Part shown: positions 1 through 13,616 of the stretch, piece by piece
How positions within the stretch are numbered: the first letter of the stretch is position 1
Layout: every line of letters starts with the position of its first letter
Source of the DNA: Leucoraja erinacea
Lineage: Eukaryota
Direction of reading: 5' to 3'
DNA: 64,000 bases
NCBI RefSeq assembly: GCF_028641065.1
Contig: NW_026576170.1
Coordinates: forward strand, 62,001 to 126,000
Notes under the pieces: model-generated
The model's input: only the letters and a program-made list of their open reading frames with translations
Told to the model about the DNA's origin: nothing
The model's database searches: none
Made by a program: the position numbers and the translations under genes

Positions 1-222
1 GTGTAGTAATCATAACGAAACATACTTTTACGCTAGAATCGCAAGCATTCTTATCGAGCATGGCATTTTGTCTGTACGTGGTTTTTTTTATTCCGAACGG
101 GCAGGCAGACATTTCATTCCCATGAGACTAATTGCTCGGATGAAAGGTTGTTCCAAGGAAGAATGTTCCTTAGATTTGTTTTATAAGCCGCTCAGCAGGG
201 ACGCGTACCTTAGTCAGGCAGG

Positions 223-2470
223 CATAGAAACATAGAAACATGGAAAATAGGTGCAGGAGGAGGCCATTCGGCCCTTTGAGCCAGCACCGCCATTCATTGT
301 GATCATGGCTGATCGTCCACTATCAATAACCCGTGCCTGCCTTCTCCCCGTATCCCTTGGCTGCACTAGCCCCTAGACCTCAGATCAGATTCAGATTCAA
401 TTTAATTGTCATTGTCAGTGTACAGTACAGAGACAACGAAATGCATTGACCTCTATCTAACTCTCTGTTAAATCCATCCTGTGACCTGGCCTCCACTGCC
501 CTCTGTTGCAGGGAATTTCACAAATTCACAACTCTCTGGTTGAAAAAGTTTATTTCTCACCGCAGTCTTAAATGACCTCCTCTTTATTCTCAGACTGTGT
601 CACCTGGTTCTGGACTCGCCCAACATTGGGAACATTTTTCCTGCATCTAGCTTGTCATGTCTTTTTATAATTGTATATGTTTCTATATGACCCCCCCCCC
701 CCCTCATCGTTCTAAACTCTATACAAGCCTAGACTTTTCAATCTTTCCTCATATGACAGTCCCGCCATCCCATGGATCAATCTCGCGAACCTCCGCTGCA
801 CTGCCTCAATCACAAGGATGCCTTCCTCAAATTAGGAGACCAAAACTGTACACAATACTCCAGATGTGGTCTCACTAGCACCCTATACAACTGCAGAAGA
901 ACCTCTTTACACCTATACTGAAATCCTCTTGTTATGAAGGCCAACATTCCATATACTTTCTTCACTGCCTGCTGCAGCTGCACGCCATCTTTCAGTGATC
1001 GGTGTACAAGGACGCCCAGGTCTCGCTGCACCTCCCCCTAACCCCATTGAGATAATAATCTGCCCTCTTGTTTTTGCCGCCAAAGTGGATAACCACACTT
1101 TTATCTATATTATTCTGAACCTGTCCAGGTCACCCTGCAACCTCCTAACATCCTCTTCACAGTTCACACTTCTACCCAGCTTTGTGTCATCCGCAAACTT
1201 GCTAGTGTTGCTCCTAATTCCCTCTTCCAAATCATTAATGTATATGGTAAACAGTTGCGGCCCCAAACCGAGCATTGTGGCACTCCACTCGCCACTGCCT
1301 GCCATTCCGAAAAGGACCCGTTCACTGCTACTCTTTGCTTCTGGTCTGCCAACCAATTTTCTATCCATGTCAACACCCTACCCCCAATACCATGTGCTCT
1401 AAGTCGCCAGTCTCCCGTGCGGGACCTTATCAAAGGCGTTCTGAAAGTCTAGATACACTACATCCACTGGCACCCCTTCATCCATTTTACTTGTCGCATC
1501 CTCAAAAAAATTCCAGAAGATTTGTCAAACATGATTTCCCTTTCATAAATCCATGTTGACTTGGACTAATCCTTTTACTGCTATCCAAATGCCCCATTAT
1601 TACCTCTTTAATAATTGACTCCAACATCTTTCCCACCACCGAAGTCAGGCTAACTGGTCTGTAATTCTCCGTTTTCTCTCTCGCTCCTTTCTTGAAAAGT
1701 GGGATAACATCAGCTATCCTCCAATCCACAGGAACAGACCCTGAATCTATTGAACATCGGAAAATGATCACCAATGCACCACTATTTCTAGAGCCACCTC
1801 GCTGAGGACCCTGGGATGCAGACCATCAGGCCCAGGGGATGTATCATCCTTCAGTCCCATTAGCCTACCCAATACTATTCTCGCCTAATGCAAATTTATT
1901 TCAGTTCCTCTACCCCCTTAGATCCTCTGTCCTCCAGTACACATGAGAGATTGTTTGTGTCTTCCTTAGCGAAGACAGATCCGAAGTACTTCTTCAACTC
2001 TTCTGCCATTTCCTTGTTGCCCATGATAATTTTACCAGTGTCTGCCGTCAAGGGACCCACATTTGACTTTGCTACTCTTTTTCCCTTACTATATCTAAAT
2101 AAGCTTTTACTGTCCTTATTTATATTCCTGGCCAGCTTCCCTTCGTGCTTCATCTTTTCAGCCCGTATTGCCCGCTTTGTTTCCTTCTGTGGTCCTATGA
2201 GTTTCCCAATCCTCTGGCTTCCGGCTACTCTTTGCTGTGTTATACATCTTTTCTTTTAGTTTTGTTCTACCCCTAACTTCTCTTGTCAGCCACGGTTGCC
2301 TCCTACTCCCCTTAGAATCTTTCTTCCTTTTTGGAGTGAAATGATCCTGTGCCTTCCGGATTATGCCCAGAAATTCCTGCCATTGCTGTTCCACTGTCAT
2401 TCCTGCTAGGATCCCTTTGCAGTCTACCTTGGCCAGCTCTCCTCTCATGCCTTCATGGTCACCTTTGTTC
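223..2470 (-). mobile_element. CR1 LINE, 5'-truncated, frameshifted RT
   Basis: ORF fragments [23 protein letters not shown] and VRPHLEYCVQFWSP; (CATAGAAA)n tail at about 223-241. Confidence 0.9.
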
Positions 2471-3858
2471 CAATGACAAAACGTGAAATACTTTAAACGG
2501 TGGAATCGGGCAGTGCGTACCTCTATAAGGAAACACTTAAAAAGGTGGGTGTTTTGCAGATGTAATACAAAATGTCAAAAGTTGGGATATGACGTGACTC
2601 AGTAATTCCATGCGCGGGAAACGGCAAGCCAATTGTTGCAAATTCTTCTCAATGGAGTTTTCAGAGCGAGGCGGACTCCTCGAATATTCGGAACATTTTT
2701 CACGTATGTCCAATCTCGGAGGAATTTTATATGTTTCTATAAGATCCCTTCTCATCCTTCTAAATTCCAGTGAATACAAGCTCGGTCGACCCATCCTTTC
2801 CTCATATGCCAGGCCGTGCAGCTTCGGTCTGTCTCTCCATCGCTTGATTCTAATCGGGTTGTCGCGGATATTTCACTAAGGTTTGAAACGTTCATCCTGT
2901 GCACATGTGGCTCGCGGAATGAAAATAGGACACATTATGTCTTCAACGTCAATGAATCAGTGTTTGTTAAAGATGAATCCGGAAACTAAAGACCAGGAAG
3001 AAAAATAAGAACGCCAGTAAGTCAGACCAGACATGTTGTGCATGCAAATAAACAGTTCAGACGTTGCTAAGCTAAAACAGAATATAAAATGTTGGGAATA
3101 CTTGAAAGTGCAGTTAATATTGCTTGAGAGAGAAGAACAACACTGTGTTGCGGATCCGAGGCCTCTAGACAGGAGGGAACATTAATTGCAAAATCTATAA
3201 CAGAGTATCTTATGTTTTTTTTAAAAGATTTTTACGCAGAGAGTGATGAATCTGTGGAATTCTCCGCCACAAAACGTAGTTGAGGCCAGTTCATTTGCTA
3301 TATTTAAAAGGGAGTTAGATGTGGCCCTCGTGGCTAAAGGGATCAGGGGGTATGGAGAGAAGGCAGGTACAGGATACTGAGTTGGATGAACAGCCATGAT
3401 CATATTGAATGGCGGTGCAGGCTCGAAGAGCTGAATGGCCTACTCCTGGAACTATTTTCTATGTTTCTATGGTAGCTAATAAGGTCTGGGCAACAGCAAG
3501 GGTTGTATGTCTTTTCCGCTTAGCTTAATTGAGGATTGCTCGGGATTGAAGCGGAAGTGACCTCACCCATCATGAAATGACACCAGATTAAACCAGAGAT
3601 TAAACCAGATCATTGTCCAATTAATTCCATTGGGGAATTATTCAGGGTCATGATTTACTGAGGTACATCTTCAGAGTCGCCTTATTTTTTTTGCGTTGAC
3701 CTTCTCCTCTGCCACATTGCTGCTCGCACAGACGTTCAAGTTCAAGTTCAAGTGAGTTTATTGTCATGTGTCCCTGATACGACAATGAAATTATTGCTTT
3801 GCTTCAGCATAACAGAATATAGTAGGCATTTATTACAAAACAGATCAACGTGTCCATA

Positions 3859-4290
3859 TCTATATTACTAAAACTCTGTTCTTGACAGGTTTTGGCCATC
3901 TGTGCTGCGATTTCCGAGAGTACGCCGCCACCTACGGCCATCATTTCTGGCCACCTTGCTCAGAGCCCCCCTCCGCCGTATGTGTGCTGAGGATTTTTCC
4001 CGTCGATGAAAATTAACAGAAACATTAATGTTTTTGCAAAATTCACCATTCTCTCTGCTGCCCCCGCTGGAGGCAAGGGAAGGGACTATAAAACCAGGAC
4101 TTGGTGTGCCTCAATTAGTCTCTGCAAGCTGGAGATCTGTCAATAAGTCTCTGTCACTCTGAGCTCTGAATGACTGAACAAATGTCTACAGCACTGTGAG
4201 TACCCTTAATTTGGTTTGAAAATGAAAATATAGTTAGTTTGAAGTAAAAAAAGCGCTGCCTGCAAATGGTTATTTGGGTTGAATTAAAAA
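3859..4290 (+). mobile_element. Possible non-autonomous Helitron 5' portion
   Basis: Begins A|TCTATATTACTAAAA, resembling Helitron 5' TC termini; no 3' CTRR end identified. Confidence 0.3.
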
Positions 4291-4296
4291 GGCACT

Positions 4297-5350
4297 ATCT
4301 CTCTCTCTCTCTCCACCTACTCTCTCTCCCCACCTCTCTCTCTCTCCCTATTCCTCTCTCTTTCTCTCTCTCCCCGCTCTCCTCTCCCCCCCCCTCTCCT
4401 CTCTCCCCCTCTACACTCCCCCTCTCCTCTCTCTCCCTCTCCTCTCCCCCTCTCCCCCTCCTCCCCCCCCCCCCTCCCCTCCCTCTCCCCCTCTCCTTTC
4501 CCCTCACCCCCTCTCCTCTCTACCCCCTCTCCTCTCTCCCTACTCTCCTCTCTCCTCTCCCCCCTCTCTCCTCTACCCTGTCTCCTCTCCCCCCTGTCTC
4601 TTCCCGCCCCTCTTTTCTCCTCTCCCCCCTCCCCCCCCTCTCTCTCTCGTCCCCCTCCCTCCCTCTCTCCCCTCCCCTCCTCCCCCCTCTCTTCTCTCCC
4701 CCCTCTCTGCTCTCCCCCTCTCCTCTCTCCCTCTCTCCCCGCTCTTCCCCCCTCTCCCCACCCCCCTCCTCCTCTTCCCCTCGTCTCTCCCCCCTCCCTC
4801 TCTCCCCCTCCTCTCCTCCTCTCTCCTCTCTTCCTCTCTTCCCCTCCTCCTCTCCTCTCCCTCCCCCCCGTCTCCTCCCCTCCCTTCTCCTCCTCCCCCA
4901 CCCTCCTCTCTCCCCCCTCTCCGCTCCCCCTCTCTTCTCTCCCCCCCCCTCTCCTCTCCCCCTCTCCTCTATCCCCCCCCCCCTCTTCCCTCTCCCCCCC
5001 CCTCTCCTCTACCCCCTCCCCCCCTCTCCTCCTCCTCTCTTTTTCCTCTCCCCTCCTCCCCCCTCCCCCACCGTCCCTCCCCTTTCCCCCCCCCTTTCCA
5101 CATACCCCTACCCCCTTCCCTCCACCCCCCCCCCCCTCCCCCTCCCTGCTCCCCACCTCTCCCCCTCCCCTCATCTCACCCCCCTCTCTCACCCACTCCT
5201 CTCCCCTCTCATCCCCCTCTCCCCCCCTCCCCAACCTCCCTCACCTCTCTCCATCCCTCCACCCTCACTCCTCCCCCTCCCTCCCCCCCCCATCCCCCCC
5301 CTTCTCCCTCCTCCCCCCCCTCTCTCTTCTCCTCCCTCTCCTCACCTCCA
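4297..5350. repeat. C/T-rich low-complexity polypyrimidine tract
   Basis: Almost pure C/T for about 1 kb; the overlapping ORFs are compositional artefacts. Confidence 0.95.
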
Positions 5351-7399
5351 TATATATATGTACAGATGATCTGCATAATTTGAGTGCTTGGGCTTTTCCA
5401 CGCATGCGGTTGCCGGCCACAAATGCAATAGGTTGTTTGGGGGGAAAGTATTCAGTCGCAGTCGCGTACTACGCGGTGAAGAACCATGGTGATAATAATA
5501 CAGTTGCTGTTACTGTCGATGCACTGTGAGTATTGCTATCTATATTCCAATACTCGCGCCTCATAGCAAACATTCCGACGCGGTGAACGAAGAATTGCAC
5601 AATTACGTTTCGAAATAGTGTTTGTGGAGCTTTGGCTCTGTTTGGGGGGCAACCCCAGCCAGATGCACGGTCAGTCTCGATACTTTCGCTGTCCCCTACC
5701 ACTTGTCAAGCATTGTCCTGTGAGCTCTGGTGCTGGATTTTTAAGATGCTGTTTGAGCAGTCAAACAGAATTGCCGAGGAATAGAAATAGAACTAGGGCC
5801 GCCGTTTGCCTCAGCCCTCATTGCCATACATTTCAACCTCACTTCCATTCACGTATCTGTACCACTTTCTGCCTAACTTCCCCCGACCCTCTCCTGTGCG
5901 ACTCGTAGAGGCCCTCACACGTCTACCCCGTGTCGAGCCTAACGCCAGCCCACGCCACTCAGTTCGGCCAGCCCGCGGATGCTATCCTCCCTCTCACCCC
6001 GGGATCTCTACAATCCCGCTACTCTATCTGTCACCCTCCCCTACTGCCAGTACTCTCTTAGATACCCAAGGCTAACCCTCTTTGAACCCTGCCCTCCCCC
6101 TCCCTCTGTGTGTCTACACCATCATATAAACTATCTCTGACCAACTCTATACCTCCCCTCTTCAGCAATCAGGGAGCGCCTCTCTCACCTTCTCTCCCCT
6201 GCCCCTCTCATCTCCCCCTAATACCTCTCGTCCGCTTTCTCGTTCCTGTCTCTTCTCTCTATCCCTCTAGTACCCGTCTCTACCTCCCTATCCCTCTGCT
6301 CTCCTCTCTCCTTCACCCCCCCTCCCTCCTCTTTCCTCCGCAAACATACACACCCTACCTCGACAATACCCTCACTCCTCGATCTCCTCACCTCTCTGCC
6401 CCGACGCTCTCTGCCGCTCAACGCTCTGCAACCCCTCCCTAAGCTGCGATCCGTCTTGACCCCCAAAGTCGCTGCCCCCCTCGCCACTAAGACCTCACCT
6501 TCTCTCTCCCCCATACCTTCTCTACACCTCACTCTCTAATTGTATAGAGTAAGTGGTATTCACATCGAGGGCACCCAAAACACAATACACCTCTTCCCAA
6601 TTCCAAGATTGCTCCGTCAGCTGGGGGTCCCTCTAGAATTAGGGGAGGGGGTGAGGGGTGTGGGCCATTCTGTGGAGCTAGTATGAGTCCCGTGGTGCTG
6701 CGCAAAGGTTGTCCAGAGGGTAGTAGGAGTTGTTGGGCAGAAGGATTTTTGGGCTACGGCAGCTCAGCTCACTGAAGCTGGCAGTACAGTCACCGGACCT
6801 GACGGGCGGCTAGGAAAAAGTGAAAACTGACAGAAAGTGTGCCCAAAACTATGCGTGACAGCAGTAGAGAGGAGAAGGGGGAGAGGTTGTTGATAATGGT
6901 CTATTGGACATATGGCGGTCACTAACTCACGGCTGGGGGGCTGGCGTGCAGTCACTCACGCCTGGTAAGTGCAGTTCACTCAGTCTACCCCACCTACATC
7001 AACCCCCCCCACTCTGACTCCTTGCCATTCCGCCCACCCACAACTTCAGTGCCATCTCCCACAAACAATCCCCCCCCCCCCATGCAATTAGGGGCTCTCC
7101 CATGAGATGACCCTTCCATGCCTATGTTGTTTATTGTGATGAAATAACACATCAGGCATTAAAGTGCAAAAAGGTTCATTAAAGTTAAAAATGTGAAATG
7201 ACTCTAAAAATAATAAGAAAACAATTTTAAATGTGAAAGATGAGAATTATTAATGTCTTTCTTGTTCGGTGGTCTGCTGTTCACTGCCTCTTTTAAGAAG
7301 GTGAATTTGATTAATGGAGGTGCCTCAAATTCATCATTCACGAAGCACCGGAGTAATGACTGATGGATCTTGGTCGATTTGCATACTTCAGGAAAACGT

Positions 7400-8830
7400 T
7401 CAAGACATTTCTCATAATCTTCCTCGGCCTAAGGAGCCACATATAGTTGTCAATGCTGAGCGCACCGAGTTTGTCGAGGTACGACATGCCAACGAGGGGG
7501 CTGAATTGTTTTGTCCTAGTGCTTTATGGATACGCTGTTTGTGCAAAAAACGTGATTGAAGGGGGAATTGGGTACGCTGCACTTTCAATCATTCTATCAC
7601 CTTCTGGAACAATCTATTATCTGATAATGTGTGGCGATTCTGGAAAGGGGGAGATGCAGCGAGACCTGGGTTGTTGGTCACGCCAGTCATGAAGGTAGGA
7701 ATTCGCAGCGTGCAGCAGGCAGGAAAGAACAAAGCTGGAATTGTTTAATGTTAGCTTTTCATTGCAAAAGGATTTGAGTTATAGGAGCAGGGAGGTTCTA
7801 CAATAAAGTTTTTGTACAGGGTCTTACTGTGGATAAACACCGGAGTATTGGGTACGTTTGGTAATCCAAATATGTTCTTGGAAGGGCTTACCTTGACATA
7901 GCTGTGAGGCAGTGTGAGAAGGGTCACCAGATGATTGGGAATGGATGTCGGACTGTCGTTATGAGAAAACGGGATTCTCGAATTCTGGTTTATAATCTCC
8001 AGAATTTAGGAGCATGAGAGGGGATCTGTATAGAACCTTACAAAATTCTTTAAGGGGTGGACGGGCTAGAGCCAGGAAGATGTTCCCTCAGCATGTGGGG
8101 AAGTCCAGGACAAGGGGTCACAGCTTAAGGATAAGGGGGAAGTCCTTTAAAACCGAGATGAGAAGAACTTTTTTTTCACACAGAGAGTGGTGAATCTCTG
8201 GAACTCTCTGCCCAGAGGGTAGTCGAGGCCACAGGGTCATTGGGCTACTATTTAAGTGGGAGTTCGGGATGTGGGCGGCTCGTGATTGGCTACGTCCTGA
8301 ATCAGGGGGATGACCAGACTAACACATGGCTACGGGATACTGTAGTGGATATCGACCATGATCATATTGAATGGCGGTGCGGTGCGTAGTGCCGAATGCG
8401 CGGCTACTCCTGCACCTCAACTGTATATGTTTCTATGTTTCTATGGAAAAATAAGTGCTATCTAGGAATGACCTACAAGTCACCTTGAAGCTCCCATGTT
8501 TATTCTTGCAACCGATCGATTATTGTGTAGCTCGCCACAATCATCCTGCGTTCCTATGTGCGCTAGCTTTGGTGGCTCCAGGTTTTCTCATTAGATAGAT
8601 TGGAGATCCTTTTTCAACTACATATTGTGCCGGTGGTAATCCAGAGAGCTCGAGTGAATCGAGGAATTCTGTTGGGAAGTGAGTATCATGTGTTCCCTCA
8701 GTGACAACATTGAAAGAAAGGTACTCCTTACCACTTGCAGGGAAGCGTTTGATGCATGTAGAATTGATGCTTCTCTGGTTTCGTGCGAGTGACACCAGAC
8801 GATACACTTCGACTTAGTGAGAATCATTCT
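7400..8830 (-). mobile_element. Helitron Pif1-like helicase remnants interrupted by a CR1 copy
   Basis: 8541-8807 encodes FPTEFLDSLELSGLPP...GSPIYLMR; about 7400-7600 gives fragmentary QRTQFPL, IHKALG and QLYVA motifs on the minus strand. Confidence 0.7.
7615..8445 (+). mobile_element. CR1 3' fragment (indel-riddled)
   Basis: Recognisable CR1 3' sequence and TTTCTATG tail. Confidence 0.8.
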
Positions 8831-10559
8831 GCAGGATTGTCAAATGGGGGCTGATGAAATCAATGACAATCTCCAGTTGTTTCTGTGATCGAAGCAGGCC
8901 TGTGGGATATGCAATCTCATCGTACTTCAGCTCTTTAAAATCTTGCCTTCTAACAAACTTCAAACCAACATCTTAGAATAGTCGCTTCTCAGGCTAGATC
9001 AATCACGCAATTGTGCTCCCGATGTTGGGGAAACTTGGGGAACAAGGTCTCCACAAGTAGAGTTCTTGATAAGCAGGAAAATCTTTCACATCCGACGAAT
9101 GAGGATACCCTGTTTCTGTTCACACAGCAAGTAGTTGTGAAATCTATCTGGAACTCCTGCCGTGCAGAGGCGTAGCTCGCGGCCCAGCACTTCGTTTGGC
9201 TATGCCTTTAATAAAGTGGACGTTATTAGATATAGCGCTGGGGCCTCTTGGGGCTAAGCGGGATCCAGAGGGTAAGGAGAACGCACTGTATCGGGATACT
9301 GCTTCGGATGACTCACACACATGATCGTGTATTGACTGGTGGGTCGCACGGCTCTCGAAGCGGCACGTGAATGGTCTCCGTGACCATCCTGCAGGCGCCA
9401 GTTTTGTTTTGCTAGTTTCCTATGCTCTTCTAAACGATTATCCCTCCTCTCGCCCACTAACCCTTTACTCCTCCTGATAGATATGCGGGCCGTATGGGCG
9501 GAACGTTCTTATGACAAGATAGGGGAGTATATCCTTATAATGTAAGGGAGGCGATATACAAAACTTGGGTGGCCATGTAGACATCTGACCAATACTAAAC
9601 ATGACAAATGCGCAACCAACTTATAATCGTCGAATACGTTTCTTATTTGTCCAGCATGTTGGCACAAGAAGTTCCGTATCACGACGAAATTTCAATATTG
9701 CACTTCCCGTGCAGTGTGACAACACAGCCTACAAGGAGCATCGGCGATAAACAAGAAATTCTAAACAGAACAACACCAGCAAAACCCATCACTTTGACAC
9801 TCTCATATAGCGCGTCCCCAAGGAATTCCTTAAATTGAAAATTTCAATAAAATTAAAGTAACAGAAATAATAGAGAAAATATATCGCACATTCATATACC
9901 TGTGTGCACTCCACGAATTGTTGTTAGTGTTGCCCCCCGCCGACTGTAATTAAACGATCCGTATGAGTGAAGTTTAGTGCCTCGTAAAGTAAAATTATGG
10001 ACACCGATAAGATGGGTCTACCATCACTACATTAATTTATTCTATAATATGCGCGGTTGCCGGGCCTTCTCACCTAAGACCTGTATCCGCCGATACTCCC
10101 GATGAGGCAGACCAGGTGGTGAAGACGGTGATTGGCCGGGTAGATTAGGAGTCCGTGTATGATGAATTTCACGTATCGCGGGTCCCAGCCCGCGGGCGCA
10201 ACGGCGATCGTGGACCCTCGGTAAAAACTTGTCATCCAGCGGAGGTGTGAGTTCGACGTTTATTGCGATCGCTTTCGGACGTTAGTTAGTACAGTCTTCT
10301 TAGTGTTGCCTTCCTTTCCGAGCCAGTTGCAATGGTACAGTACCCCAGGAAGTACAGTCAATGACCCTCTCCACCATGTCTCCTTTGATGTACAGAGGAG
10401 CAGGTTCGAGCCTGCACCGCCATTCAACATGATTATGGATGATCATACAACTCAGTGTCACCATCTTCCTGCATCTAGCCTGTCCAACCCCTTAAGAATG
10501 TTGTAAGTTTCTGTAACCCCCCCCCCCCCTCAGACAGAGAAGGGGACAGACGACTAAAT

Positions 10560-10955
10560 CATAGAAACATAGAAACATAGAAATTAGGTGCAGGAGTAGG
10601 CCATTCGGCCCTTCGAGCCTGCACCGCCATTCAATATGATCATGGCTGATCATCCAACTCAGTATCCCGTACCTGCCTTCTCGCCATACCCTCTGATCCC
10701 CTTAGCCACAAGGGCCACATCTAACTCCCTCTTAAATATAGCCAATGAACTGGCCTCAACTACCCTCTGTGGCAGAGAGTTCCAGAGATTCGCCACTCGC
10801 TGTGAGAAAAAAGTTCTTCTCATCTCGGTTTTAAAGGATTCCCCCTTATCCTTAAGCTGTGACCCCTTGTCCTGGACTTTCCCAACATCGGGAACAATCT
10901 TCCTGCATCTAGCCTGTCCAACCCCTTAAGAATTTTCAACCCCTTAAGAATTTTC
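10560..10955 (-). mobile_element. CR1 3' end
   Basis: (CATAGAAA)n tail and the 3' UTR hairpin shared by the other copies. Confidence 0.9.
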
Positions 10956-11209
10956 GGTTATAATCCTCGGTTATAAATTGTACAAATCTGATTGTTTGTG
11001 TTCAGGGTTTCCAGCAAATGTTTGAAACGTCATATTCTGTGATTTCGCGGCGACTGTTGATCGCTCCAAGGTAAACCCACTGACACAACATGTGCCTTCA
11101 GCTTAACAACTGAACATTGCTGGTGGGAAATATGCGGTTTTTGGGAGAATTCTGCACTGAAACTCGGTACACGTGACAATAATCAACAAATACCAATACT
11201 AATAGCACC

Positions 11210-11430
11210 AGGTAGACACGAAATGCTGGAGTAACCCAGTGGGACAGGCAGCATCTCTGGAGAGCAGAAATCGGTGACGTTTCGGGTCGAGACCCTTCTT
11301 GAGACTGAAGAAGGGTCTCGACCCGAAACGTCACACATTCATTCTCTCCTGAGATGCTGCCTGTCCCGCTGTTACACCAGCATTTTGTGTCTACCTTCGA
11401 TTCAGACCAGCATCTGCAGTCATCTTCCAC
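11210..11430. mobile_element. Penelope-derived palindromic element with hammerhead-like cores
   Basis: Inverted repeat centred near 11302 containing CTGAAGAAGGGTCTCGACCCGAAACGTC. Confidence 0.65.
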
Positions 11431-11589
11431 GCTAATAGCACCAAATCACCCCAAGTTCCATCTCTTCTCTGCGTCCCACCTGAATCGCTGTGTCCTTTTT
11501 ATCTCCCATCTGTCTGTTTCTCTCTCTCGCACTTTTCTGCACACTCTCTTGTTTTGTCTCATACGAGGAACGATTGAAAAGACTAGGGT

Positions 11590-11998
11590 TGTTTTCACTA
11601 GAGTTTAGAAGGATGAGAGGTGTTTTGAGAAACATATAACATTATAAAAGGACTGGACAAGCTAGATGCAGGAAAAATGTTCCCAATGTTGGGCGAGTCC
11701 AGGACCAGGGGCCACAGTCTTAGAATTAAAGGGGAGGTCATTTAAGACTGAGGTGAGAAAAAACGTTTTCACTCAGAGAGTTGTGGATTTATGGAATTCC
11801 CTGCCACGGAGGGCAGTGGAGGCCAAGTCACTGGATGGATTTAAGAGAGAGTTAGATAGAGCTCTAGGCGCTCTAGTGAAGTCAATGGATATGGGGAGAA
11901 GGCAGGCACGGGACGATCAGCCATGATCACAATGAATGGCGGTGCTGGCTCGAAGGGCCGATCGGTCTCCTCCTGCACCTAGTTTCTATGTTTCTATG
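11590..11998 (+). mobile_element. CR1 3' end
   Basis: FTQRVVDLWNSLP motif and TTTCTATG tail. Confidence 0.88.
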
Positions 11999-12439
11999 TG
12001 TTCCATTCGCAAACGAAAGCATTCATACAATTACGTCATCGCGGTTTTTGTGGCCGGATGTGAATTTCTTACTTACTTATTGATTCGTAGACACCATAGA
12101 CCTAAAGTCTTAGCTTGAGAACCTTGAGAAACAACAATAACTTTGTAGAAGCAACGACACGCGAAAAGAGATGTCAAAACAGGTGCAAGAGCCATTCCGA
12201 GAAGCCTTCTTGAATGTTTACCACGCGTTTATTTTTTGTAGGTCAATGACTTTCAGGTCAGATGCCGCAATTTCCTTCTGTCGTAAAAGTCCTTGGGAAA
12301 CCAGGGTAAATACATTTCTTATGACACGACCGGATTTCACCTCATTTACGACGTAGGAGACAATATCAGGATCTGAAACGGGTAAGAAGATAGTCAAAGG
12401 CTGGGGATTTCAAACGAAGGGCGTTAGATATTTTCCCGT

Positions 12440-12729
12440 CGAATTTAGAATTTAGAAGATTGAGGGGGGATCTTATAGAAACTGACAAAATTCTTAAGGG
12501 GTTGTGCTGGCTAGATGCAGGAAGATTGTTCCCGATGTTGAGGCCAGTTCATTGGCTATATTTAAGAGGAAGTTAGATGTGGTCCTTGTGGCTAAAGGGA
12601 TCAGGGGGTATGGAGAGAAGGCAGGTACAGGATACTGAGTTGAATGGTCAGCCATGATCATATTGAATGGCGGTGCAGGCTCGAAGGGCCGAATGGCCTA
12701 CTCCTGCACCTATTTTCTATGTTTCTATG
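12440..12729 (+). mobile_element. CR1 3' end just downstream of the V1 RSS
   Basis: Same 3' UTR and tail as the other copies. Confidence 0.88.
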
Positions 12730-12843
12730 AATTAGCGAGTGAGATGCTTGGTAGTGTGGAGCCAACGAAATATAACTGCGAGTCGGAACCGCCCACTCAA
12801 CTTCATCCTGTCCACAGCTGCACCCGCCTGTGAAATCATGTGG

Positions 12844-12882
12844 TGTTTTTGTACAGGCTCAGCACCGCGCCGAGACGCCGTG
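12844..12882 (-). promoter_or_regulatory. 23-RSS of V1
   Basis: Heptamer CACGGCG (12882-12876), 23-nt spacer, nonamer ACAAAAACA (12852-12844). Confidence 0.9.
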
Positions 12883-13448
12883 GGGCTCAGGGCGCAGTAA
12901 TACGCTGCAGAGTCTTCCAGTTGTGCTTCAGACACAGTCAATATGACGATCCGCCCCGAATCATCAAGAGAGGTTGAAAAGTGTTGATCCGGTGAATTGT
13001 CCTGGCTTGAGCTGTACTTGCTTATCCAGAGCATAAGTTCCATGGGTCCACCGGGATATTGACGGTACCAGTACAGATACGGAACCTGTGTGCTCGTGGC
13101 TGTGTAGTTACAGCGTAACTCAACGGCGCCACCTTCGCTTACTGCGGTTGCAGCCGATGTCTGTGAAACGGAATCCCCCCGACAATACCCTGCAGGAGGC
13201 CGGAACGGCATTAAATCAGACAATATCGCTGTGCCGCCCGTATACTGAATAATATCCTGATTCTTAAATTCCTATGTATCTAAGGAGTATCACAGTCGAG
13301 TATGAGCCCACATCAATGGACAACAAGGCCCCATATCCGCTGAATTCTAGTTTGGATCCAGCCAACAGACACAATACCTCCTGATTCTCTCGTAATGTGA
13401 ATGAAATAGTCCATGGGGACTTTAGTATCACCCCTCATCTGACTGAGG

Positions 13449-13484
<36 letters not shown>

Positions 13485-13616
13485 TGTGTTCTGGAATAAA
13501 GACCGATTTAATAAAATATCAACTGCGGATGCGAAGCGCAGACGCGTGTAACACGCGAACTTACCGATTAAGAAAGCGGCTGATAGGAAAATAGAACACG
13601 AATGAAATGTCAACAT
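12883..13616 (-). CDS. TCR alpha/delta variable gene segment V1: leader exon 13565-13616, intron 13190-13564, V exon 12883-13189
   Basis: Spliced product MLTFHSCSIFLSAAFLIG|YCRGDSVSQ...VELRCNY...YLYWYRQYPG...LEDSAAYYCALS has the conserved Cys, WYRQ and DSAxYYC motifs. The intron is phase 1 with GTAAGT/CCTGCAG sites, and a 23-RSS follows directly. Alpha versus delta usage cannot be decided from sequence. Confidence 0.93.
13450..13488. repeat. (GT)n microsatellite in the V1 intron
   Basis: Read directly. Confidence 0.95.

Noticed and set aside
4266-5369. 367-aa Pro/Ser/Leu ORF and Gly/Glu/Arg antisense ORFs
   Set aside because: Translation of a C/T low-complexity tract
5400-10500. Apparently hypermutated repeats and unique-looking ORFs, superficially like AID-type mutation
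   Set aside because: CR1 copies here carry dense random indels while sister copies elsewhere are clean, which is the pattern of unpolished low-coverage long-read sequence. ORFs here are not trusted.
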